A stretch of DNA of 64,000 bases. Source: Eubacteriales bacterium (lineage in GTDB: Bacteria > Bacillota > Clostridia > Oscillospirales > UBA644). Where the stretch lies: NCBI GenBank assembly GCA_045542115.1, contig JAZQKK010000014.1:253646-317645 (forward strand), given 5' to 3'. Made by a program: the position numbers and the translations under genes. The stretch's first letter is position 1. Each line of letters starts with the position of its first letter. The notes under the pieces are model-generated. The model did not search any database. It saw nothing but the letters and a program-made list of their open reading frames with translations, and was not told the DNA's origin. Shown here in pieces: positions 55,850 to 64,000 of this stretch.

Positions 55850-56716
55850 TTACGAATTGTTCAATTTTTCATCGGTTTTCAGCGTCAAAACCAAAATTTC
55901 CGGGCGGATAAACCGAATCGGAAGGATTGCAAATCCCAACCCCTGCGTCACGGCCAAAACGTGCTTTTTCTTAAAATAGAGGCCTCTGGAATATTTGGGA
56001 AAGAAAAACCTGCGGGCAAACCGTTTATAAAGGGGGGCGCCGTTTCCCGGAGCAAAGACCGGACCGATCCAGGGAAGCCGCAAAATTCCACCGTGCACGT
56101 GGCCGGAAATCATCAAATCGGGAAGATTGGGAAGGCGGTCAAACTGCATCGGGTCGTGACATACGGCTATGGAAGGGAAGTCGGGCACAAACTCCGGAAG
56201 GTTACCCTGCAACATTCCCCGCCAGGACTGACCGTAAATTAAAATTCGTTTTCCGTTGCGTTCCACGGAAAAGACCGTATCGTTCAGCAGGATGGCACCG
56301 TTCTTGGAAAGATTGTCAAGATGACGCAAATGGTCCTCTTCCGTAACGTCACATCTCCCCCGGCGAAGGTCGTGATTTCCTTCGGTATAAGTGATGGGAA
56401 CGGTTTGAGAGATCCCCCGGAACAGAGCGTAGACCGGCTCGGGCGAATGAGGGTCTTCGTGCAGATCGCCTGCGGTGACGACAAGGTCGGGAGCCGTGTC
56501 AAGAACCGCAGAAATCAATCGGGCGTTCCCGGTTCCGAAACGGCGGTCGTGCAAATCGGAAAGAACCGCAATACGATATCCGTCAAACTCTTTGGGAAGT
56601 TCCGGGAGAATCACTTGATGGGAAGACACCCGAAAAGTTCTGCCCCAAAGGTTCAAAAACAAAAGAAACAACGCCACCGCTCCCCCAAGGGAAAGCAAAA
56701 ACCAAAACCAAAACAC
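55850..56716 (-). CDS. Calcineurin-like metallophosphoesterase (YkuE-like)
   Basis: SDLH, AGD, GNHD, VCHDP, SGHVHGG, TQGLG. GTG start after AAGGAGG. Confidence 0.9.
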   Translation of the reverse strand: MFWFWFLLSLGGAVALFLLFLNLWGRTFRVSSHQVILPELPKEFDGYRIAVLSDLHDRRFGTGNARLISAVLDTAPDLVVTAGDLHEDPHSPEPVYALFRGISQTVPITYTEGNHDLRRGRCDVTEEDHLRHLDNLSKNGAILLNDTVFSVERNGKRILIYGQSWRGMLQGNLPEFVPDFPSIAVCHDPMQFDRLPNLPDLMISGHVHGGILRLPWIGPVFAPGNGAPLYKRFARRFFFPKYSRGLYFKKKHVLAVTQGLGFAILPIRFIRPEILVLTLKTDEKLNNS

Positions 56717-56894
56717 GAAAATCCTCCTTTCCAAGCCATCCGAAACGGCGGTTTTCCTTTTAAAATATTATATCATTAAAACATTTTTGTGTCAAGCCCC
56801 CGAAAATTTTAAAAATCTCTTTACTTTTTTCTTTTTTTCGTGTATAATAGTATTGTATGTACATAATGTAATTTGATTTGAGGAGTTTCTTCCT

Positions 56895-57566
56895 ATGCTC
56901 ATTGACTTTTTGACCCAACGGTTCTGCTTTTCCCGGGAAGGCGGAATCATTACGGCGGTGTGCTATTTTGCAGCTGCGGCGATTGCATTGTTTCTGCATC
57001 GGTTGGGACAATTTCAAAAAATAAAAAAATACACCGCTGCTCCCGTTTCCCTTGGAGCGTTTTTACGCCAGCGCCTTGGGGGAAATCTTTGGGGGATGTT
57101 CTTCTTTCTTGTAACGGGCTGCTTGTATCCCGCACCTGCGGAAGTTTCCGAAGTACAAGACAAAGGAGCAAAAAAGAGCATCTTTTGGGGCGGGGTCCGC
57201 TCCACGTTGTACGCCACCACCGCATTTTACACGTTTTATACGGTGTTTCAATTGGCGGACAGTCTCACCGAGTGGTCGGGATGGTGGATTTTTCTGTTGA
57301 TAACCAAGGCTTTGACCTGTGCCAATCTTTCCCTTCTGTGGTTTTCGATTCTGCCTCTTCCCTGCTCGGAAGCAGAAATTCTGTTGCGGAAAAAACCCTT
57401 TGGAGAAAAGGGTATCGCCTTCCGGAGCAACGGGACGATGCCCTTCTTCGTCTCTTGTCTTCTTGGGCTTCTTTTGGCCTGTATTACCCTGCCTTTCCCC
57501 GGTGGACAGGTTTGTTCTCTCAGTGGAATTCTGACCCTGTTCCCCGTACTTCTCATCGGAGGATGA
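56895..57566 (+). CDS. Degenerate site-2 protease (M50)-like membrane protein lacking catalytic motifs
   Basis: Colinear with the downstream M50 protein: FLHRLGQ for HECAHG, TGCLYPAP for FGWAKP, ANLSLLWFSILPLPCSEAE for FNLIPFPPLDG. Confidence 0.6.
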   Translation: MLIDFLTQRFCFSREGGIITAVCYFAAAAIALFLHRLGQFQKIKKYTAAPVSLGAFLRQRLGGNLWGMFFFLVTGCLYPAPAEVSEVQDKGAKKSIFWGGVRSTLYATTAFYTFYTVFQLADSLTEWSGWWIFLLITKALTCANLSLLWFSILPLPCSEAEILLRKKPFGEKGIAFRSNGTMPFFVSCLLGLLLACITLPFPGGQVCSLSGILTLFPVLLIGG

Positions 57567-57570
57567 CAGA

Positions 57571-58266
57571 ATGTTATTGGATTTGATTTTAGAATTGATT
57601 GGGGGACAAACTCCCGTTCCCGTGCTTTTGGTACAGATGCTGTTCTCCGTGGTGGCATTATTATTAGTCTTCCCCGTTCACGAATGTGCCCACGGTCTTA
57701 TGGCGCTTGCTTTTGGAGATAACACGGCGAAATATCAGGGACGCCTGACCTTAAATCCCCTGGCCCATATCGACCTGAAAGGTTTCTTGTTTTTGATGGT
57801 CTTCGGATTCGGATGGGCAAAGCCGGTGCAGATTGACGCCCGATATTTTAAAAACCGCCGGTTGGGAACCATTCTTACCGCCGCAGCCGGGCCCTTGTCC
57901 AATATCGTTTTTTGCTTTATCACCTATTTGATCTACGGCATCCTTTCGGTGTATGCCTCGCTGAACGGCATAGAATGGCTTTCGGTATTTTCGATGCTGT
58001 TTTTGTATATGGCGCTGTACAACGCCACCTTTGCAGTCTTTAATCTGATTCCCTTTCCCCCGTTGGATGGATCGAAGATTTTGGGAGAACTGCTACCTTT
58101 CAAATTGAGATATCAATATTATAACCTGGAACGCTATTCCTATATTTTCTTTATCGTTCTGATTTTGCTCTTGAACCGCACCGGCATCATCGGATCACTC
58201 TCCAACGGATTGATGAACCTGTTCACGCCCTTGGTCAACGGGATTTTGGGAGGTATTTTCGGATGA
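57571..58266 (+). CDS. Site-2 protease family (M50) membrane metalloprotease
   Basis: HECAH, RLTLNPLAHID, FGWAKPV, AAGPLSN, FNLIPFPPLDG. Confidence 0.93.
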   Translation: MLLDLILELIGGQTPVPVLLVQMLFSVVALLLVFPVHECAHGLMALAFGDNTAKYQGRLTLNPLAHIDLKGFLFLMVFGFGWAKPVQIDARYFKNRRLGTILTAAAGPLSNIVFCFITYLIYGILSVYASLNGIEWLSVFSMLFLYMALYNATFAVFNLIPFPPLDGSKILGELLPFKLRYQYYNLERYSYIFFIVLILLLNRTGIIGSLSNGLMNLFTPLVNGILGGIFG

Positions 58267-59003
58267 ACGAACCGACCTACCGCCTGGAAGGATTTGAAGG
58301 ACCTCTTGACGTTCTTTTGTCGCTGATTGAACGGCACAAAATTGATATTTATAATATCGAGATTTCTCTGTTACTGGAACAGTATCTGAAATGGATGGAC
58401 GACGCCCGGGAACAAGATCTGGACATTACGGCAGATTTTTTGGAAATGGCATCCCGGTTGGTGTATATCAAATCCTGCTCCCTGTTACCCAAGACCGACG
58501 ATGAGGAAGAAGACCCCAAGTGGCTGTTGGAGCAGATGTTGATTGAATACGCCAAATATAAACGGATATCCCTGCAAATGCGTCCAAAATATCAGGGAAA
58601 CAAAATCTGGTTCAAAGAACAACTTCCCACAGACCTTCCCAAGCCCGATTACGAGGGGGGCAAGGAATCGGCATTGCTGTTAGACACCTATTTGAAATTG
58701 ATGAAACGGCACAAAGACCGTATCCATCCTCCCAAAGAATCCTTTGACCGCATTGTAAAAACCCAATTTATTGCGGTAGGGACCAAGATCGTATCGGTGA
58801 TGCGGGTATTGGTGAAAAAATCCCGGTCGTCCTTTAAATCGCTGTTCCGGGGAGCGAGATCCCGGTCGGAGATCGTCGCAACCTTTTTGGCGTTGCTGGA
58901 ACTGATGCGGAGCGGACGGGTGGAAGTACGGGACACCGACGACCAGCACGACCCGGAAATCCGTCTGATTCGGAATAAGAAACAAGGGGAGGAAACTCTA
59001 TGA
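58263..59003 (+). CDS. scpA: Segregation and condensation protein A
   Basis: FEGPLDVLLSLI...IDIYNI...FLEMASRLVYIKS..LLP; C-terminal FLALLEL. Confidence 0.95.
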   Translation: MNEPTYRLEGFEGPLDVLLSLIERHKIDIYNIEISLLLEQYLKWMDDAREQDLDITADFLEMASRLVYIKSCSLLPKTDDEEEDPKWLLEQMLIEYAKYKRISLQMRPKYQGNKIWFKEQLPTDLPKPDYEGGKESALLLDTYLKLMKRHKDRIHPPKESFDRIVKTQFIAVGTKIVSVMRVLVKKSRSSFKSLFRGARSRSEIVATFLALLELMRSGRVEVRDTDDQHDPEIRLIRNKKQGEETL

Positions 59004-59602
59004 AGAATATTACCGCCCTGATTGAGGGAATACTCTTTGCCTCGGTGGAACCGGTGAGCAGTGAGCAGTTATCCGCATTTTTGGGCATCGAGGAAGAAGA
59101 GATTCTGACCGAACTTATCGCATTGCAAAAAACGTACGAAAAAGACCATCACGGATTCCGGTTGGTCCGTCACGATAAGGATTTTCGCTTCTCCACAAAA
59201 CCGGAGTACGGCGAAGACGTGGCCCTGTATCTGGCAAAAAAACGTCCCCAACTGTCCAATGCGGCTTTGGAAGTTCTTTCCATTGCGGCCTACAATCAAC
59301 CGGTGACAAAGCCGTACATTTCTCAGATTCGAGGGGTAGCCTCCTCGGAAATCGTGGAAGCCCTGGAAGAAAAAGGGCTGTTGCAAGAAGACGGCCGATT
59401 AGACCTGCCGGGACGTCCGATGTCGTACGTGACCACCGATAAATTCCTGACGGTGTTCGGTCTGGATTCTTTGGCAGATATGCCTCCGTTGAATCCGGAA
59501 GACGAAAATCTGCCAGCGGCCGGAACGGAAATTCTGTTGACCGAAGCGGTTCTGGAAGGGGACGCCACCCCGACGGAAGAGCCGGTCCCGGAGGAAGTAT
59601 GA
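59000..59602 (+). CDS. scpB: Segregation and condensation protein B
   Basis: IEGILFA, LSNAALEVLSIAAYNQPVT, IRGV, GRPMSYVTTDKFL..FGL. Confidence 0.95.
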   Translation: MKNITALIEGILFASVEPVSSEQLSAFLGIEEEEILTELIALQKTYEKDHHGFRLVRHDKDFRFSTKPEYGEDVALYLAKKRPQLSNAALEVLSIAAYNQPVTKPYISQIRGVASSEIVEALEEKGLLQEDGRLDLPGRPMSYVTTDKFLTVFGLDSLADMPPLNPEDENLPAAGTEILLTEAVLEGDATPTEEPVPEEV

Positions 59603-60285
59603 ACCCGTTTTTGTGGGTACTGACCGTCTTGGGCGGACTTGTGGGAATCGTATTGCTTTTGCTTATTCACCTGATTTTCGGGCGACTTCGCCTGGTAGTA
59701 GACTACCGCAAGGGGGAGTTAAAATTGTGGTTACAGTGGTTTTTTCTAAAATACCATATCTACCCCGACCCGGAAAAGCAGGAATACCGGAAAGCCCGGC
59801 GTAACGTATTCAAAACCAAGTGGAAAGAAAAAAAGGAACGCCGGAAAGCACCGTCAGCCCCTTCCGGAAATGACGTCCCGCAAATGCCCCGGCAACCCAA
59901 GAAGAAAACCGGCCTTCGGGCGGCGGCTCAAAAAGAAGTTCGAAAAGCCGTACAGTCAGTGCCTCTGAAAGATTATCTGAAAACGTTGCGAATCATCGTG
60001 ACGGAATTTATCGCCAAATTTCATTGCAGATCTTTGGTCCTCTACGTTTCCTTAGGGGGCGGAGATGCCAACGACATTGCAATGGATTACGGCACGGTCA
60101 ATGCTCTGTTATATCCCGTTCTCGGTGCCTTCTCGGCCGCAGGACGGTTACACAAATGTGACGTACAGATCACCCCGGATTTCACATCCGAAGAGACCCA
60201 CGCAGAGGGGCGGGCGGTATTTACCTTCCGTCTGTATCAGGCCTTCGGATGTATCTGGGAATTGTCTGAACAATTATATGATTAA
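59599..60285 (+). CDS. DUF2953 (YtfI-like) protein
   Basis: N-terminal TM, C-terminal GGGDANDIAMDYG...ITPDF; located upstream of ytfJ. Confidence 0.75.
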   Translation: MNPFLWVLTVLGGLVGIVLLLLIHLIFGRLRLVVDYRKGELKLWLQWFFLKYHIYPDPEKQEYRKARRNVFKTKWKEKKERRKAPSAPSGNDVPQMPRQPKKKTGLRAAAQKEVRKAVQSVPLKDYLKTLRIIVTEFIAKFHCRSLVLYVSLGGGDANDIAMDYGTVNALLYPVLGAFSAAGRLHKCDVQITPDFTSEETHAEGRAVFTFRLYQAFGCIWELSEQLYD

Positions 60286-60299
60286 GGTGGTATAAAACA

Positions 60300-60731
60300 A
60301 TGGAAGAAAACAAAAACACCAACCAAGCCGGCGTTAAGAAGCCGGAACAGACCCGCAGAGTCTCCCCCGTGGAAACCGTCACCGACAACGCGGTGAAAAA
60401 TATCCGTTCGATGGTGGACTGTAACACGGTAATCGGGGACCCCATCACCACCCCCGACGGTACGATGATTCTACCCGTCTCCAAGATCTCCATTGGATTC
60501 GTTTCCGGCGGTTCGGATTTTGCAACGAAACAAAATCCCAAACTGTGCTTCGGCGGCGGAAGCGGCGCAGGTCTTACCGTAACCCCCGTATCCTTCCTCG
60601 TCATCTCCCCTTCCGGAACGGTGAATACCTTGCCGGTCAATCAGTCTTCGGTAACGGCGGTGGATAAGATTATGGACCTTGCCCCCGGTGTCATTGAAGA
60701 AATTCGGGACTTGTTTAAGAAAGAAGACTGA
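60300..60731 (+). CDS. ytfJ: GerW/YtfJ family sporulation protein
   Basis: MVDCNTVIGDPI, LPVSKISIGFVSGG, FGGGSGAG...PVSFLVI. Confidence 0.92.
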   Translation: MEENKNTNQAGVKKPEQTRRVSPVETVTDNAVKNIRSMVDCNTVIGDPITTPDGTMILPVSKISIGFVSGGSDFATKQNPKLCFGGGSGAGLTVTPVSFLVISPSGTVNTLPVNQSSVTAVDKIMDLAPGVIEEIRDLFKKED

Positions 60732-60918
60732 AAACAGTAAATTTTGCCCCCAAATTGGGTAAAAAATTTCTATTTTGTGCATAATAACCAAAACAGGGTA
60801 ATCTTTAATGGTTATTTTCTACAAAGTTTTTGGCAAGAAATTTTGAAAAAGTGCTTGCGAATGTCACAATTTTGGTTTATAATATAATCAATAATAAAAT
60901 ATTTAGGAGGAATTTCCA

Positions 60919-61935
60919 ATGTCCGTAAAAGTTGCCATTAACGGTTTCGGTCGTATCGGCCGTCTGGCGTTCCGTCAGATGTTCGGCGCTGAAGGTTACG
61001 AAATCGTCGCCATCAACGACCTGACCAAACCCAGTATGCTCGCTCATCTTCTGAAGTACGATACCGCTCAGGGTCGTTACGACGGTCACACCGTTGCTTC
61101 CGACGACGAAGCCGGTACCATCACCGTAGACGGTAAAGTCTTGAAGATTTACGCGGAAAAGAACGCTGCTGACCTTCCCTGGGGTGAACTGGGCGTAGAC
61201 GTAGTTCTGGAATGCACCGGTTTCTACTGCTCCAAGGAAAAGAGCCAGGCTCACATCGACGCCGGCGCTAAGAAGGTCGTTATCTCTGCTCCCGCAGGCA
61301 AAGACCTCCCCACCATCGTTTACAGCGTTAACGAAAAGACCCTGACAAAGGAAGACAACATCATCTCTGCTGCTTCCTGCACCACCAACTGCCTCGCTCC
61401 TATGGCTAAGGCTCTGAACGACTACGCTCCCATCCAGAGCGGCATTATGACCACCGTTCACGCTTACACCGGCGACCAGATGATTCTGGACGGTCCCCAC
61501 AGAAAGGGTGACCTGCGTCGTGCCCGTGCCGGTGCTCAGAACATCGTTCCCAACTCCACCGGTGCTGCTAAGGCTATCGGTTTGGTTATTCCCGAACTGG
61601 ACGGCAAACTGATCGGTTCCGCTCAGCGCGTTCCCACCTGCACCGGTTCTACCACTCTGTTGGTTGCCGTTGTTAAAGGTAAGGACATCACCAAGGAAGG
61701 CATCAACGCCGCTATGAAGGCTGCCGCTTCCGATTCCTTCGGCTACAACGAAGATCAGATCGTTTCTTCCGATATCATCGGTATCCGTTACGGTTCTCTC
61801 TTCGATGCCACCCAGACGATGGTCGCTAAGATCGACGACGATACCTATCAGGTTCAGGTCGTTTCTTGGTACGACAACGAAAACTCCTACACCAGCCAGA
61901 TGGTTCGCACCATTAAGTACTTCGCTGAAATCTGA
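60919..61935 (+). CDS. gap: Type I glyceraldehyde-3-phosphate dehydrogenase
   Basis: [34 protein letters not shown]. Confidence 0.98.
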   Translation: MSVKVAINGFGRIGRLAFRQMFGAEGYEIVAINDLTKPSMLAHLLKYDTAQGRYDGHTVASDDEAGTITVDGKVLKIYAEKNAADLPWGELGVDVVLECTGFYCSKEKSQAHIDAGAKKVVISAPAGKDLPTIVYSVNEKTLTKEDNIISAASCTTNCLAPMAKALNDYAPIQSGIMTTVHAYTGDQMILDGPHRKGDLRRARAGAQNIVPNSTGAAKAIGLVIPELDGKLIGSAQRVPTCTGSTTLLVAVVKGKDITKEGINAAMKAAASDSFGYNEDQIVSSDIIGIRYGSLFDATQTMVAKIDDDTYQVQVVSWYDNENSYTSQMVRTIKYFAEI

Positions 61936-62066
61936 GTTTTCACGAATTGAACGCAATAAAGTCCTGCTGAGAAATCAGCAGGACTTTTTGGTTTTCCTCA
62001 TTTTTCCGTAGGGATTTAAATACTTAGTATCTGCTCCCACGGGTTTGAGTCCCCAATTCGATTCAA

Positions 62067-62114
62067 CACCAAAAAGAACTACCCATCCGAATGGATGGGT
62101 AGTTCTTTTTGGTG
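62067..62114. terminator. Perfect 22-bp hairpin (tRNA-type terminator) at the prophage boundary
   Basis: CACCAAAAAGAACTACCCATCC-gaat-GGATGGGTAGTTCTTTTTGGTG. Confidence 0.8.
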
Positions 62115-62136
62115 GAGCGTAGGGGATTCGAACCCG
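62110..62136 (-). mobile_element. att-site remnant: isolated 3' end of a tRNA-Ala
   Basis: Minus strand CGGGTTCGAATCCCCTACGCTCCACCA: T-loop plus acceptor 3' strand with U70 (Ala G3-U70 identity). No D or anticodon arm upstream. Confidence 0.8.
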
Positions 62137-62261
62137 AACTGCACCATTGATATTATCAACTTTTTCGCCTTCCGTGGCAGAATTTGTGTCATATATCCTC
62201 ATTTTATCTTACAAGATTGACTTGACCTAATGCAACTTAGCAGATATTTATCCTCCACCTG

Positions 62262-62996
62262 TCAAGATTTGTTCTTATCTCCCCTACAACAGAAGGAACG
62301 ACAACACATTTTATTGCACCCCCTACAATTTGCAGGAACACCTTCTTCTTCCTGAGAAGATTCCATCGAAGAGACTTGTCCTGTTTTTTGGTTTCCAATT
62401 TTAACTTTTTGATAATTCTCGATAATGTTATTAAGTAATTCTACAATTTTGGTTTCATCTTTTGAGGCAAAGGCAAAAGCAATCATAACACCCATCGCAG
62501 ATAATGTTTCAAGGAAGACAGAAACGATGTATAACTTAAGAAGTTCTTCCGACAGAGAAAAGGGACAACATTCAAGAGCATTTAACGAAATGAAGGCTAC
62601 AAGACACACATACTGAATGCTAAGCAATATTGAAAAGAATATTGTAAAAGTCTTCCGCAAACCACACTTACTTCTTTGCTGTTTTTCTAAGTGATCCGCA
62701 GACTTATCAATAATCTTATCCGTTACCTTTTGATAGCCTTGATCAGATTCGTATTCAGTCTGGGCACGATCTCTTGATGCACTGTCCAACCCATTAGTAT
62801 AATTTCGAGTCCGCTTATCTACTTCAACCTTCTCAATCAAGTTCTTTGGAAACACTAATTGAGAATTCAAAGGTGACCCTTTATCAGAAAGTATCGGATC
62901 ACTCTTGTCTGTTACCTGCTGGGGAGAACACTCTTTGTCTGGAATTTCACTTTTTTTAGCAGATTCAATATGTTGTGTTTTATCTTTTTCCGACAT
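62262..62996 (-). CDS. Hypothetical 2-TM protein with charged N-terminus and Cys-rich tail
   Basis: TM segments TFTIFFSILLSIQYVCLVAFISL and LYIVSVFLETLSAMGVMIAFAF; tail CRGCNKMCCRSFCC; 4-nt gap from the upstream gene, SD GGAG. Confidence 0.8.
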   Translation of the reverse strand: MSEKDKTQHIESAKKSEIPDKECSPQQVTDKSDPILSDKGSPLNSQLVFPKNLIEKVEVDKRTRNYTNGLDSASRDRAQTEYESDQGYQKVTDKIIDKSADHLEKQQRSKCGLRKTFTIFFSILLSIQYVCLVAFISLNALECCPFSLSEELLKLYIVSVFLETLSAMGVMIAFAFASKDETKIVELLNNIIENYQKVKIGNQKTGQVSSMESSQEEEGVPANCRGCNKMCCRSFCCRGDKNKS

Positions 62997-63000
62997 ACTA

Positions 63001-63591
63001 TCAAGCTCCTATCTGCATTCTCGAAATAACAGCCTCTGGTGTAACCCCAAAAAAAGCAGCAATGGAAGCTATATTTTTCAATTCAAGAGCTTTGTCATAA
63101 AAAATCTTTGATGGCATTAAAACTCTCAACGCGAATATATTTGCAATTTGCTCACGTAATAAATAACTACTGTCTCCATAGTCTTTTTCGGATATATTTG
63201 TAATTTTATAATGAATATGAGTGCTGACAATATAATTATCCTTACGCTCAGCCATCTCCTCCTTGCTCATCGTGGCAAGGTGTCCTAATTCGTGTAACAA
63301 GGAAAAACGCTGGAATAATTCATTATTATCGGTATTTAACACGATGGTCGCACTATGCGCATGTTCACTCTCATCTATCTCAACAAGCATCATTGCACCA
63401 TACTTTTCCTCAATACCTAAACCTTCAAAGGAGTGTGGCATAACCTCGATTTGCATGTCAAGGCTTCTTTCAAGATACTCTAACACACTTGATGTGCTAA
63501 CAATTTGATCCTGAGAAAGCGGAATACAGCTTAATACTTCATCCGATTTCTTGTACGCTACACTTAGATTCTCATTATACACAAAACTCAC
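63001..63591 (-). CDS. ImmA/IrrE family (DUF955) Zn metallopeptidase without HTH
   Basis: QRFSLLHELGH (HExxH) and REQIANIFALRVLMP, plus IAAFFGVTPEAV..R. GTG start. Confidence 0.88.
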   Translation of the reverse strand: MSFVYNENLSVAYKKSDEVLSCIPLSQDQIVSTSSVLEYLERSLDMQIEVMPHSFEGLGIEEKYGAMMLVEIDESEHAHSATIVLNTDNNELFQRFSLLHELGHLATMSKEEMAERKDNYIVSTHIHYKITNISEKDYGDSSYLLREQIANIFALRVLMPSKIFYDKALELKNIASIAAFFGVTPEAVISRMQIGA

Positions 63592-63711
63592 CCCTGCTCA
63601 CCTCGGCGCTTTCTTTGAAAAACTCAACTTTTAAAATTGAGAGTTGTTGTTCAAAACTTTAAACCGAGACTGACTTTTTATGGAAAAAACTTGTTTCCTT
63701 TCTACAATTAT

Positions 63712-63740
63712 ATTATATCACAGAAGGACTCAAAAGTCAA
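63712..63740 (-). promoter_or_regulatory. sigmaA promoter of the peptidase/2-TM cassette
   Basis: Minus strand TTGACT-N17-TATAAT with an extended -10 TG. Confidence 0.75.
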
Positions 63741-63747
63741 TAATGAG

Positions 63748-63789
63748 TTTTCCACAGATTTCATATGGTTTTCCACAAACTTATCCACA
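63748..63789. promoter_or_regulatory. Three tandem DnaA boxes
   Basis: TTTTCCACA at 63748 and 63769; perfect TTATCCACA at 63781. Confidence 0.6.
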
Positions 63790-63871
63790 ATGTCAGTCTC
63801 TTCAACATCAATAGTATGCCTCGGATAGCAGCAAAAATGTCTTATCCAACTTCTCTACAAACTTAAAATTG

Positions 63872-63912
63872 CAAAAAAAATAATCCCTCCACGGCTCAAT
63901 TTCCGTGGAGAG
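63872..63912 (-). terminator. Terminator after the holin
   Basis: Minus strand CTCCACGG-aaattgag-CCGTGGAG then GGATTATTTTTTTT. Confidence 0.7.
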
Positions 63913-63939
63913 ATCTCTCTATTTACTCATTTTTTGTTG

Positions 63940-64000
63940 TTACTCTTTCAATTCGGGAAGACCTGCCACGCTGGTAAGTAGGGAGATGATTCCTGCCAGC
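63940..64000 (-). CDS. C-terminus of a phage holin (r1t-like family), partial
   Basis: LAGIISLLTSVAGLPELKE-stop, recalled as the conserved LAG..SLLTS.AGLPE ending of r1t-type holins. Only 19 aa visible. Confidence 0.75.
   Translation of the reverse strand, partial: LAGIISLLTSVAGLPELKE

Larger units (their letters stand above)
62110..64000 (-). mobile_element. Terminal part of a prophage integrated at tRNA-Ala (continues past the right edge)
   Basis: tRNA 3' fragment at the boundary, abrupt AT enrichment, and a holin C-terminus at the window edge. Confidence 0.75.

Noticed and set aside
60877-61956. 359-aa ORF antisense to gap
   Set aside because: Shadow frame of a highly expressed, codon-biased gene; no RBS or motifs.

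Overview
Chromosomal window of a spore-forming Firmicute (Clostridia, probably Oscillospiraceae/Ruminococcaceae-like; taxon is inference). Most genes are on the minus strand. Core content, left to right: degV; rnfCDGEAB; yigZ; dabb-holB-yaaT; a MATE pump; a solo mazF/ndoA; the yicC-remA-gmk-rpoZ-priA-def-fmt-(Zn peptidase)-rlmN-stp-pknB-rsgA-thiN operon; mutY; a P-type ATPase under a yybP-ykoY riboswitch; a lysine-riboswitch dapA-dapB-lysC-lysA operon; rplJL with the L10 leader; radC; galT; rhamnose genes; a GH36 glycosidase; six tRNA genes; secG; scpAB-ytfIJ; gap. Accessory or unusual content: (1) the end of a prophage at the right edge (tRNA-Ala 3' att remnant, r1t-type holin tail) carrying a self-contained IrrE/ImmA-type peptidase + 2-TM Cys-tailed protein cassette with DnaA boxes at its promoter; (2) an in-frame AraC-rhamnulokinase fusion with an internal RBS; (3) a box-and-hairpin structured repeat plus an orphan ORF between duplicated tRNA-Cys terminators; (4) a catalytically dead site-2 protease paralog in tandem with an active one; (5) unannotated small proteins (one coupled to rnfB, one Cys-rich), with the Cys-rich gene sharing a promoter motif with a second Cys-rich gene; (6) a DnaA-box cluster away from dnaA; (7) an AT-richer islet beside tRNA-Gln. 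All calls come from reading sequence and motifs by eye; no database searches were run.
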